Positions 52,501 through 64,000 of a DNA stretch of 64,000 nucleotides are shown here, piece by piece (the stretch's first letter is position 1; each line of letters opens with the position of its first letter). Origin of the DNA: Owenia fusiformis. Its lineage: Eukaryota. The stretch covers positions 8,866,001 to 8,930,000 of the forward strand of contig CAIIXF020000001.1 of the NCBI GenBank assembly GCA_903813345.2, in the 5' to 3' direction. A program made the translations under genes and the position numbers. Under the pieces are notes generated by a model that saw only the letters and a program-made list of their open reading frames with translations, was not told the DNA's origin and made no database searches.

Positions 52501-54011
52501 ATGGTGTGCATGAATAGACCTGTGTATTTTATACCAAATAGAGACACTTCCCTGAAGAGTTCTAAATCTCTATATGTTAACAACCTCGTTGACTTTGCTT
52601 CCATATTTCCTGTGAAGCCGTGGAACAGTTCTCTTGTTCTTCACAATTTTCCATTTTAATGTAACTCAATGAATAAGGCCAATTCATATCACTGGCTTCC
52701 CTAGGTCATTTGAATTCCTTGCAATTTTTAAATCAGCAATAAAGAATAATGGGTTAAATTATCAAATAATGAAAAAGTTGCAAATTATGAGATTTGTTAT
52801 ATAGCTTCGAAATCTTGCTGAAGTGTAGTTTAACTATAGGTTACCAGGCTAAATTCTCATTGAGATAATTTTAAAGAATCTTAAACATTGACTTATTGTT
52901 TCAGTGGTCCTATTAAAGTTCATGTGTACACAATCTGAACAACATCCAGTTTCAAACACTTCTGATTATCATCAAGTTTCAAACACAATCTGAACATCAT
53001 CAAATTCAATGCAAATGCAGTTTTACTTTAATCCAACAGAACGAATATGGTAAATCAATAGACTAAGTGACACATGTCAAGTCAATGGTAAATACTTGTA
53101 TCTAGCCCAACTAGCACAAGTGCTGCCATCTACCGACTAGTATCAATCCATCTATCCATATACATAGCACCTAATGAGGTCACGACTTCAAGTAAAGCTT
53201 TTTCCCTTGTCTATGGTAAAAAATAAGTTAAACAGAAAAGTTAGTTTGACACCATTGGTGATGCCCACCTTGTATGGTATAGGGATAAAAGGAAAGTTCA
53301 TGATAACACTTACATAAAATAATTTAATTATCTAATAATGATAATGAACATATTACAATGTTACACAATGTTAGTAAATGATAATTAAATGTCAATTATT
53401 GTTAGTGTAATATGTATTTTTTGCTTAATGCTGCAACAATTACACAAGTTCCAAAAAGTGCCACGCCCACTTTTCCCTAAAAGTAGTTGTGTGTGACTAT
53501 ATTTGATAGATATTATTGATTTATTGGAGCATTATATCAACTTTTTAGTGCTTTAGTGTGAATATATACATATTTATACAACTTTTGACAAAGTTGCAGC
53601 CACAAAATCCAAACAAATTTGCAAATATTTCACTTTGAGGGCTAAGGGACATATTTTGGAGGAGGTCAAATTGAGAAGATTTTGAGATATAAATACTGTT
53701 TCCATGGTAACCATATAAGTTAGAGATTGGACATTTCTGGCACTGACTAACCATGGTATGCTCTGCCTACTATAAAACTATGAATATATGACATGCATTA
53801 GTATTCTTTTTATAAGGTGGTATTAAAGTACCCCCAAGGTTTTCTTAGGGTGGGGGTATGAATTGGCCTGAGGGCCGTCTGCCACCCCTACATGAAGTCC
53901 AACTACCCAGAAAGTGCCTAGCATAATCATACAGACTGTTTGAAATATGTTGGAATGTGTGACCTTCCATGAAAAATGGAAGTTGCAATTATCAGAGTAG
54001 TCCACAGTCTA
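49513..54011. mobile_element. Academ-like non-autonomous element with ~730-bp TIRs and 3-bp TSD (CTA)
   Basis: cta|TAGACTGCGGACTA ... TAGTCCACAGTCTA|cta; ~49513-50250 is mirrored by ~53290-54011. Confidence 0.75.
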
Positions 54012-54989
54012 CTATTTAATTCTAGACAAACACATTTCGATCAACTAAACATGCTACTATTCAAGAAAGTACAAATGGCATCTTTTTGACTTGTATTTAT
54101 TACAGTCCGAGATCCAGAAGATCTTTCCTGACGAAAAGCCCACATTATGAAACACCTTGTACGTTTACCTATAAGTATAAATATACGTTATAACACTGTG
54201 TTATAAGTTGTACTTTCACTAGGTGCGAAATCTCTCTAATATAACATAACATATATCTTTTTGTCGATAAACTGGAAGTAATGTTTTTGAGTCGAGAGAT
54301 GAGTGATAATGCTTAGTTACAATGTTTTCACCCAGAGACTAAATGACTTCATATTTATTCATGATACCATATTGATAACATGCCGCTGTATTGTGTCATT
54401 GCGAATTCTCTTGAAGATCTATACACCTTCAGAAGAAAATAAACTTAAGAATGTGTTAACATCAATGATACATCTTGAGTTATCAATTTCATTCAAACAC
54501 GAGAATACATAGTTGTCGATTTTGGAGGTCGACACTTTTCAGATTGATTTATATAAATGTAACAAATATTTGTTCAAACAGTTCTTCACCATATACTAAA
54601 AATAAATCCGAAAAGTTAATCTTTAAACCTTGAAACACTGATTTAAGATTTTTATTATCTATTAAGTAGCTTCTAGAGCTCTGTACCTGAATTAATCAGT
54701 TATTCCACAATTTGACATGGATTAAAAAAATATGCGAATGACGCTATATTGTATCTGTACTATAAAGCAAAAAGAAGTCAGTTTTCAAAACTGATATTCA
54801 GCAAAGCACGATACATGTAGATGTCGATATATACAACTTGTATATGTCTAAGTGCCACGTAGTTTGTCGGACTATCAATATTAGCGAAATATAGAGGTAC
54901 AGTTCCAAAGAGGAAAAAATATTAGGCGAGGTATCGTACTTCCGTTACATTGAACTTCCAATTTGAATTTGCAAGATCCTGATATAACC

Positions 54990-57900
54990 ATGGCTTCAGA
55001 TCAAAAGGGACTTGAACGAGATATAAAAGATGTGTTAAAAAGATGCGATGGAAGTGAATTGAAAAGATTCCTTCATAATTCATCAACCCAACCAAAGTGT
55101 CCAAAGGACATCATAGTATGGGCATTTAGGAACAATGTCAGGTTGACCAGAAAAATCATTCAAATCTTAGTGGAATATGGAACAGATGTCAACGCCAAAT
55201 ACGAAAGGTCTGATATGTTCTCACCAGATGATGGAAAGACTTCATTGATGTATGCTGTAGAGAAGAAGAATGTGGAATGTTGTCGCGCTTTAATAGATCA
55301 TGGTGCTGACGTTAATGCCAGTGACGAGGATGGGAAGACTTCATTGATGTATGCTGTAGAGAAGGAGAATGTGGAATGTTGTCGTGCATTGATAGATCAT
55401 GGTGCTGACGTTAATGCCAGTGACGAGGATGGGAAGACTTCATTGATGTTTGCTGTAGAGAAGGAGAATGTGGAATGTTGTCGCGCTCTGATAGATCATG
55501 ATGCGGACGTTAATGCCAGTTACAGATATGGGAAGACTGCATTGGTGCATGCTGGAGAGAAGGAGAATGTGGAATGTTGTCGCGCTCTGATAGATCATGG
55601 TGCTGACGTTAATGCCAGTGACATGTATGAGAAGACTGCATTGATGTATGCTGTAGAGAAGGAGAATGTGGAATGTTGTCGGGCTCTGATAGATCATGGC
55701 GCTGACGTTAATGCCTGTGACAGATATGGGAAGACTGCATTGATGTATGCTGTGGAGAAGGAGAATGTGGAATGTTGTCGCGCTCTGATAGATCATGGTG
55801 CTGGCGTTAATGCCAGTGATATGTATGAGAAGACTGCATTAATGTATGCTGTAGAGAAGGAGAATGTGGAATGTTGTCGGGCTCTGATAGATCATGGTGC
55901 TGACGTTAATGCCAGTGACAGATATGGGAAAACTGCATTGATGTATGCTGTTGAGAGAGAGAATGTGGAATGTTGTCGCGCTCTGATGGATCATGGTGCT
56001 GACGTTAATGCCAGTGACATGTATAAGAATACTGCATTGATATATGCTGTAGAGAAGGAGAATGTGGAATGTTGCCGCACTCTGGTGGATCATGGTGCTG
56101 ACGTTAATGTCAGTGACATTTATGGGAAGACTGCATTGATGCATGCTGTACAGAAGGAGAATGTGGAATGTTGTCGGGTTCTGATAGATCATGGTGCAGA
56201 CGTTAATGCCAATTACATGTATGGGATGACTGCATTGCTGCATGCTGTAGAGAAGGAGAATGTGGAGTGTTGTCGGGCTCTGATAGATCATGGTGCGGAC
56301 GTTAATGCCAGTTACATGTATGGGGAGACTGCATTGATGCATGCTGTAGCGAACGAGAATGTGGAATGTTGTCGGGCTCTGATAGATCATGGTGCTGACG
56401 TTAATGCCAGTGACAGATATGGGAAAACTGCATTGATGCATGCTGTAGAGAACGAGAATGTGGAATGTTGTCAAGCTCTTATAGATCATGGTGCGAAGGT
56501 TAATACCAGTGACAAGGATGGGATGACTGCATTGATATATGCTGTAGAGAATGAGAATGTGGAGTGTTGTCGGGCTCTGCTGAGTCATGATGCGGACGTT
56601 AATGCCAGTTACAGATATGGGAAGACTGCATTGATGTATGCTGTAGAGAAGGAGAATGTGGAATGTTGTCGCGCTCTGATGGATCATGGTACTGACGTTA
56701 ATGCCAGTGACATGTATGAGGAGACTGCATTGATGTATGCTGTAGAGAAGGAGAATGTGGAATGTTGTCGCGCCCTGATAGATCATGGTGCTAGCGTGAA
56801 TTCCAGTGATATGTATACGAAGACTGCATTGATGTTAGCTGTAGAGAAGGAGAATGTGGAATGTTGTCGTACTCTGATGGATCATGGTGATGACGTTAAT
56901 GCCAGTGACAAATATGGGAATACTGCATTGGTGCATGCTGTAGAGAAGGAGAATGTGGAATGTTGTCGCGCTCTGATGGATCATGGTGCGGACGTTAATG
57001 CCAGTGACATATATGGGAATACTGCATTGGTGCATGCTGTAGAGAAGGAGAATGTGGAATGTTGTCGCGCTCTGATGGATCATGGTGCGGACATTAATGC
57101 CAGTTACAGCTATGGAAAGACTGCATTGATGTATGCTGTAGAGAAGGAGAATGTGGCATGTTGTCGTGCTCTGATAGATCATGGTTCGGACGTTAATGTC
57201 AGTGACGAGAATAGGAAGACTGCATTGATGTATGCTGTAGAGAAGGAGAATGTGGAATGTTGTCGCGTTCTGATGGATCATGGTGCGAACGTTAATGACA
57301 GTGACATGTATGGGATGACTGCATTGATGCAAGCTGTAGAGAAGGAGAATGTGGAGTGTTGTCGTGCTCTGATAGATCATGGTGCGGACGTCAATGCCAG
57401 TGACAAGAATGGAAAGACTTCATTGATGTATGCCATAGAAAATGACTGTGTGGAATGTTGGCGGTTTTTGATAGATCATAATGCTGATCAAGGTGGTAAT
57501 CTACTGCTTTATCCAATAGCAAACACAACTGGAAATTACATAGAACTTTACTACAGCCTAACCATATTAGCTGGCATGGTTGACAAAAGTTACAAAACTC
57601 TGTTTCAGATAAATCAAAATGCAAATATAGATCAACAATACGCAGCTAGAAAGCAATTGGATAATTTCTATAAGAATTCAAAACTCTCTCTACGTCGAAG
57701 AGCAAGGCATTCTGTCAAACTTATTCGAAATAAATACGGTTACAAAAATATTATCGACGATTTAGTTGACAGTGGGTACCTACCATCAAAGATGAAACCC
57801 TTTATGCTATTTGAGGAAGACATCAAGGAGATAAAGACCATTCTTACAGAGCTACATAACTGTCATATCAAGGAATCCGAAGCCATTACTGCTTCAGGTA

Positions 57901-60900
57901 TGTTGCTCCATATATTATTATGTGCTTTATTATACTTGTACCCCACATTTGGGCAAAGTGTACAGCTTAAACAGAAAAAATGAAAAAGCTTAACTAATTA
58001 TCTATATATTATATTAACTAATCAAAGGGTGCTTGATCATTGCAAGATTTTATTGGATGTATTTCGTGTTTTTTTTTCTCTCGATAAAAATATTAAATAG
58101 AAACATTAATTTATGTTTCACGTTATTCATGTTTTCTAAATTTTGACAGTGTTTTTTTTTATTTTATCCATGTAACTTGACCGAACATCTTTAACTTATT
58201 GCATTCTAATAGGAAATGGCATTCTGAACCGGTTTTCTTGTTACACATTAAACATTTTCTTTCTTCAATAGGGGTAATTGGTTTTGTGTAACGACCTGTT
58301 TCGATTTCTAATTTATGTGCGCTAATTCTTAGCTTTGTCAAGTTATTTCTGTCTATTTCATTTTTGATTAAATCCGAGTAGGGTTCCTTGTTCCATTTTG
58401 CTTTTATTATCTTATAAAACCTCAATTTACCATTATTTGATTTTATTTCAAATTGTATGTATCTATTTTCCAGTAATTTCTTAATTTCTCTTGGTTTTAA
58501 GTTTAAATAGTTTGGTGAAGTACCATTGTAAATATATTTAAGTACATCATTGATGTGCGAGAGCCATGATTGTTTATTCATATCTGTCAGATGTTTATTT
58601 ACCTTCATAAGAACATTTTATTTACCTTTATAAGAACATTTCGTCAAAAAGGAAATCACATAAGCACACCGGAATAGCCTGACAACGGTAAAGTCAGATA
58701 CCGTTGTCACAAATGGCGGACATAACTGTCGCTTTAACTCTCCAATCACTTGGTCCTCGTTTCATGGGACTTTATTGTCGCTAATTCTGTGCATGTATTA
58801 AGCTCTTGTGATATGAAATCCCAACTTCGATCAAATTGTGGAGTGAATCGCCACAATATAGCGTCTTCGATATCGTCAATGACAACGGAATCTGAATTTA
58901 CCATATGCTGTTGTCTTGTAAAATTTCTCAAATTTAGATTGCGATATACCAAATTTCCTGAAAAATCAAAACCTTTATTTTACTGATATTCATTGATCTT
59001 TCATGTAATATCACTTTCGGAAAATCGCTTTAAATTAATATCTGATAGTGAAAGATGACACTGGATAATCTGCATTATTCACTCGTACATTCAGAGCTAT
59101 ATTTTCTGTGGCACACAATAAGCTTACGTAAATTGGTTTATGCAATGATAAACTCCTTAGTGCTAATATATAGGCTAACCAAATGCCTGCAGGGGGAGGG
59201 GTCAAACAAACTAGAGTAAAATTCTGACATACAAAAAATGATTTATGGAACATCTCTTAAATTGTTGACCTACTTCTTTCAAAACAATACTTTTTTGATA
59301 CTACCACATTAATATGTATTAAAGATGTAATATAAAGTTTGTAAAATCCTGACATATTCTACTTTAAACCATTCATTTTACCAATGATGATCGTTAGATA
59401 TTTGGATGAACGCCATAATTTCAAACATATTGGGACCTTTCAGTTTTGAGTTAACAGCAATATATTGTTTTCATATTTAGAACGTGAGACACGAGAAATG
59501 CAAGAGAAAAGTATCAAAAATAGTGAACCAAAACAAAGAAGTGAGCATCATACAAAAATGGAGGCTTTTGAAATTCAAACAAATGATACTCCGAGCGAGG
59601 AACGTACAAGAGCAAACAAGAAGCTGACAAATGAGGGTATTGGATCTGCAACCAAAAGAGATGAATGTCAAGCAGATGAGGACGGGAAATTAACAAAACT
59701 GAGAAAAACAGAAACTGATGGCCACATGATTTCTCAAACCACCGACAAATCTACAAAAGATCTACGAAAAGAGATGGTTGATTTGCCAGTTGATTCCTCT
59801 CCTCGTCAAGGAAATCCTACGGATAAGAAACCTTATGACGAACTACTTCCGTGTGCAGAAAAATTACTGAGGAAGTATGTTTAATATGCTTTTTCCTCCA
59901 ATAATTTTAGCATTTGTAATTTTCAGAACTATTTCAAACTCCATCAAGTAGGATAATAAAATCAAACATTCTTAGAATAACAAAAATTTTAATACCGCAT
60001 GTTGCTATTAACATACGGGTGAAACATATGGATACAAATCGACCTCATTCTTTATGTAAATAATGAAAATAACAGTTTCCTCCGATGAAAGTTCATCGAT
60101 TTTGCTATAAAGACACAACGTCAAGGGTTTAGATAATATATGATTGAAACTTTTACGAATCAAAATAAAAATTGGGAAGTATATATAATTATCCAGAGAA
60201 GGGTGGAAATAATTATTCCACCCTTATGTTATTGTGATTAATTTATAGATAAAATGAATTTTTATAGGATTCCAGTGGTGAAGGGCTATGGAATGCGGGA
60301 AGATGGCTACTTCACAATTCACATCGTTGATGGTTATGTGAAGAAAACATCACGCTACATCAAAAAGCATATACCTGGGTACAAATTCAATTTTGTGCCA
60401 TGGATGAAAGGGGAGCGTATTCACTTGCTCGGATGTACTGGGGCATCACTCAAAAGTAGGGTGATAGATAGAGCGGAGTTCGATTCGATTGGAACTCTCG
60501 GTGGACTTGTTGCAACTAATACAGTAAATGGTGTCGAACATGTGTATGCTGCAACAGCCAATCACGTTGTAGACATTAATATTCTTGAAGAGGATCAAAA
60601 CCAAAATACCAAAACCGAACAAAACAAAATAGAATTCATGACTTGGTCGAAAGATGATGAGTCTGATATACGTTCAATAGGTACTGAAGTTCCATACAAT
60701 ATACCACTAAAGTTGGAGGAGCGTGAAAGTGAGGACGAATGGGTTATTTTCAAAGACAGTACTGACGATGACAACGACGCCGTATCTGAAGACAGTCTTG
60801 AAGATGGCTTTACCGACGATAGTGATACTACTGATGATGAAAATGCGAAAGATTGTGTATCAGCACAATATGATATTGCACTTGTATTAATAGATGAAAA

Positions 60901-62224
60901 GCACAAAGACTTGGTAGATCAATGCAAACCATGTCATGAATGTTGTTCGACCATCTCATCGACCAACAAAGATATTCTTACAAAAGGAAAAGTTGTAAAA
61001 CTGGGATTTTCAAAAAGTCTGAACAAAGGGAAAATAAAGTGTTTAAAATATGCAGGAGAAATCGAAATCAATAACAAAACAGCATGGTGCTCTAATTTAG
61101 TTATTATCGGTTCTGTGCTGTCGAGCGAATACTTCAGTGAAGAAGGAGATAGTGGCACAATAGTAGAGATTCAGTATGATTCCACCATTGGAGATCACAG
61201 CCCGGATTGCTTCATGATTTTTGCGGGATGGGAAAAGGAATGCAGTTGGAATACCTGGAAATGTCCCGTGTCTGTAGCTTTTAATCTCAAGCCTGCTCTG
61301 GAGAAATTGAGTGAACAATTAAATAACGACGGTGAGACTGAAAAGATGTTTAGATTGTCATGTTGTAAACATGTCACATCAGCCTCTATTTCAATACAAG
61401 CAGATAACGAGCCTGGCGAGGTGGTAAACAAAAGCAACTCATCATCTCAGTCGTCAATAAATGAAATAGAAACGGATCTGGACTGCGCATCGGGAACAAT
61501 TTGCAAAAATAATGAAGCCTCACTTCATACAAAAGCTGAGCAGTGTACTGACAAGCGTCGACAGAAACTGTCACCAAGCATGATTCATGTGTCTCGAGAT
61601 GATGTGACGGAGATTAATTTCTGTGGCGATCGCTCAGCCGACACAACTAAAGGCGGTATGTACGAGTAGCCATAACTAATGCCTTGGTCACATTTGCTCC
61701 TATCCATCGGCCGGCGCCCGGCCGATTGAGTGTTTTGCTCAATATTGTATTCTATTTTGAACAAAATACTCAATCGGCCGGGCGCCGTCGTGAAAATCGG
61801 AGCAAATGTGACCAAGGCATTAGTGTATTCTATTCTAAGAAGGCTATGTTTAAACATAAGCTATTTACAGGTAATTTTAATTGATACTTCATTTCTGCTG
61901 GTTTTGCCCCCAACCTTTTTATCCTTGTTGATTTAAAATCTAACCTTGCTAATTTGTCATCAGTGTAACCATGCATAAACAAACGCAAATAATATTTAAC
62001 TACCTTAGTTAATAACTCCAATCTCTTAACCCTATATATTTATCCATTCACACTTAGGGGTGGAAAAAGCAGACATCAATGCTGAAGATGTTCTGGCTGG
62101 AAATGAAACATCAACTGAGGAACTTCCTGTACCAACGAAAGAATGTGATAGTTTGACGATCCTGGCTGGCATTTTTATATTTATATCGGTTTTCCTCATC
62201 TTGCCTTGTTGGTTTTGCTTGTAG
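54990..62224 (+). CDS. Ankyrin repeat / SOCS-box-like / trypsin-fold serine protease / C-terminal transmembrane protein; exons 54990-57897, 59481-59874, 60268-61655, 62058-62224 (1618 aa)
   Basis: accATGG start; three GT-AG introns with matching phases (1, 2, 1) join three ORF-track ORFs and a short terminal exon into one 4857-nt frame. 23 ankyrin units; SLRRRAR...LPSKMKPFML; GTLGGLV, ATANHVV, YDIALV, GDSGT; ends LTILAGIFIFISVFLILPCWFCL*. Confidence 0.82.
55229..57490 (+). repeat. Coding tandem array of 23 x 99-bp ankyrin repeats
   Basis: 33-aa unit GKTALMYAVEKENVECCRALIDHGADVNASDxY with high nucleotide identity between units, all within one exon. Confidence 0.97.
58159..58608 (-). mobile_element. 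LINE ORF2 C-terminal fragment in intron 1 of the ankyrin-protease gene
   Basis: KLRFYKIIK...LTKLRISAHKLEIETGRY...ERKCLMC...SECHFLLEC. Confidence 0.85.
58665..58905. mobile_element. Partial copy of the MITE at 6797-7302
   Basis: cacaccggaatagcctgacaacggtaaagtcagataccgttgtcacaaatggcggacataac... aligns with 6797-7040. Confidence 0.8.
61676..61824. mobile_element. ~150-bp palindromic MITE (Harbinger-like)
   Basis: actaatgccttggtcacatttgctcc...ggagcaaatgtgaccaaggcattagt, with an inner cgcccggccgattgagt / actcaatcggccgggcg stem. Confidence 0.75.
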
Positions 62225-64000
62225 TTGAGAAAATCAGGTACAACTACTTTGTATTTAGACTTCAAATTCACTAAACATTTTTTATCTGGGGGCATTTGGA
62301 ACTTAGTCACAGATCGTTTTATTATTTTGTTGAAAATGTAGAACTTGTATTTTGCTTGTAATTATGAAAACATAATGTCACGTTATTATATTCTTCATCA
62401 TTTCTTGCCATGGAGTCAACACACTGTGAAGAATTGAATCCCGACTTTGAGAAAAATATTTAATTTTGAGGATACCTAATGGACAGGTATTGTATTGTAT
62501 TGTATTGTATTGTATATTCTTTATTTCCTCCATTAAATGAAGATTACAATTTAACATTTTAACTTAACTCAAAATTAAGGACAAATAAAATAATAATNNN
62601 NNNNNNNNNNNNNNNNNNNNNNNNNNNNNNNNNNNNNNNNNNNNNNNNNNNNNNNNNNNNNNNNNNNNNNNNNNNNNNNNNNNNNNNNNNNNNNNNNNNN
62701 NNNNNNNNNNNNNNNNNNNNNNNNNNNNNNNNNNNNNNNNNNNNNNNNNNNNNNNNNNNNNNNNNNNNNNNNNNNNNNNNNNNNNNNNNNNNNNNNNNNN
62801 NNNNNNNNNNNNNNNNNNNNNNNNNNNNNNNNNNNNNNNNNNNNNNNNNNNNNNNNNNNNNNNNNNNNNNNNNNNNNNNNNNNNNNNNNNNNNNNNNNNN
62901 NNNNNNNNNNNNNNNNNNNNNNNNNNNNNNNNNNNNNNNNNNNNNNNNNNNNNNNNNNNNNNNNNNNNNNNNNNNNNNNNNNNNNNNNNNNNNNNNNNNN
63001 NNNNNNNNNNNNNNNNNNNNNNNNNNNNNNNNNNNNNNNNNNNNNNNNNNNNNNNNNNNNNNNNNNNNNNNNNNNNNNNNNNNNNNNNNNNNNNNNNAAT
63101 GCAATTATGTGGATGAAGAAGTTCATATAGTGGGCAACATTGAAAATTACTCCTGGAACACTTCTGAAACAACCCATTTCACTATTTAAGTCTCATATTC
63201 CCATTGTGTTCACTAGGGCTCAAATTTAGAAACTCTCAGAAGTCGGCTTTGTAAAAATCACATAGACTACTTTCACGGATGATGAGAATTGGTTTGATAT
63301 TTGAAGCGAGGTTAATTTGGGTTGGCAGAAACATTTGATCTTACTCTGTGTCTGATTCCCAAGGCAAACGTTAACGTAAGCAATGTGTAAAAAATTATAT
63401 CTAAGAAAACTGTTGTAAAAATGGTGCTCAATGATACGGTTGAAGATACAACAACCCAACCATTCATGATTGCTACTTTAAAAACAACTCAAATGACGTT
63501 AGTGCTCATGGGGATGAAGTAGATGACCCCAAGGGCGTTAGTGTACATGTCTCTAAAGCTGGCCCTATTTATGAACATGCTAAACTAGGAGTAGTCCTGG
63601 GTACCCCAATTGTCGGAGCCTAGTACGTGTAAACGAAGCTCTCTCGAAGCAAAATGAAATTATTGAAATGGCAAGTTCTGGATGTAAGACGATTAAAAAA
63701 ATTCAATTGTAGGTGATCTCATCATGTGATATCTTACTTAAAGTCTACAAGTAAATTACAGGATATCCGTCCATACAGATAGCTATTCTAGATTAGAAGC
63801 CCTGGTGTAAATATACATCTTAGAAACCCATCAATATTTCAGGATGAAGCACGAAAAAGTTGCATTATGTGTCTTAGGATTGATATTGGGCGTCTGGGGA
63901 AATACAAGGTGACATTTTTCTTAACTCAGCATCTCAATTACAAATGTTTACGGGGAATGGGTTTTGCTGAATTCAATAAGGTGTCACGAGAGAGACGCTT

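Larger units (their letters stand above)
45765..54237. mobile_element. Outer TIR element (~37-bp TIR, AAT TSD) containing nested insertions
   Basis: aat|AGAGAGATTTCGCACATAAGTGAAACTGCAACTTATA ... TATAAGTTGTACTTTCACTAGGTGCGAAATCTCTCT|aat, with (ATAAC)n on both flanks. Confidence 0.7.

Noticed and set aside
55229-57490. CRISPR-like regular repeat
   Set aside because: Contiguous 99-bp coding units with no unique spacers, in a eukaryotic gene.
55440-57624. Long minus-strand ORFs with a 33-aa period
   Set aside because: Antisense shadows of the ankyrin array.
9162-62224. Functional link between Nav1 and the ankyrin gene (by analogy with ankyrin-G)
   Set aside because: The protein has no recognisable ZU5, UPA or death domain, the channel lacks the vertebrate ankyrin-binding motif, and assembly gaps separate the two genes.
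63098-64000. Possible decayed retrotransposon coding sequence (LGVVLGTPIVG-like)
   Set aside because: Too fragmentary to support without a search.

Overview
AT-rich, intron-rich animal (probably invertebrate) genomic DNA with three 500-N gaps and three genes. (1) The last four coding exons of a pyrroline-5-carboxylate reductase (+, 73-6247). (2) A nearly complete DEKA-type voltage-gated sodium channel Nav1 alpha subunit (-, 33798-9162; first coding exon not found). (3) A four-exon gene (+, 54990-62224, 1618 aa by my splice model) encoding 23 near-identical ankyrin repeats, a SOCS-box-like motif, a trypsin-fold serine protease with an intact H/D/S triad and a C-terminal hydrophobic helix. Highlights: the Nav gene carries four tandem, highly diverged 109-nt copies of the domain III S4-S5 linker/S5 exon, which must be mutually exclusive, with candidate docking/selector RNA pairings. 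It retains both AT-AC introns known from vertebrate SCN genes. Its domain IV pore loop reads AGWNS instead of AGWDG, resembling tetrodotoxin-resistance substitutions. The ankyrin-protease looks like a membrane-anchored sensor-effector with a variable binding face. The rest is DNA transposons and MITEs, including a nested 8.5-kb stack with a Transib-like element, plus LINE fragments and minisatellites. All calls are from manual reading; no searches were run.
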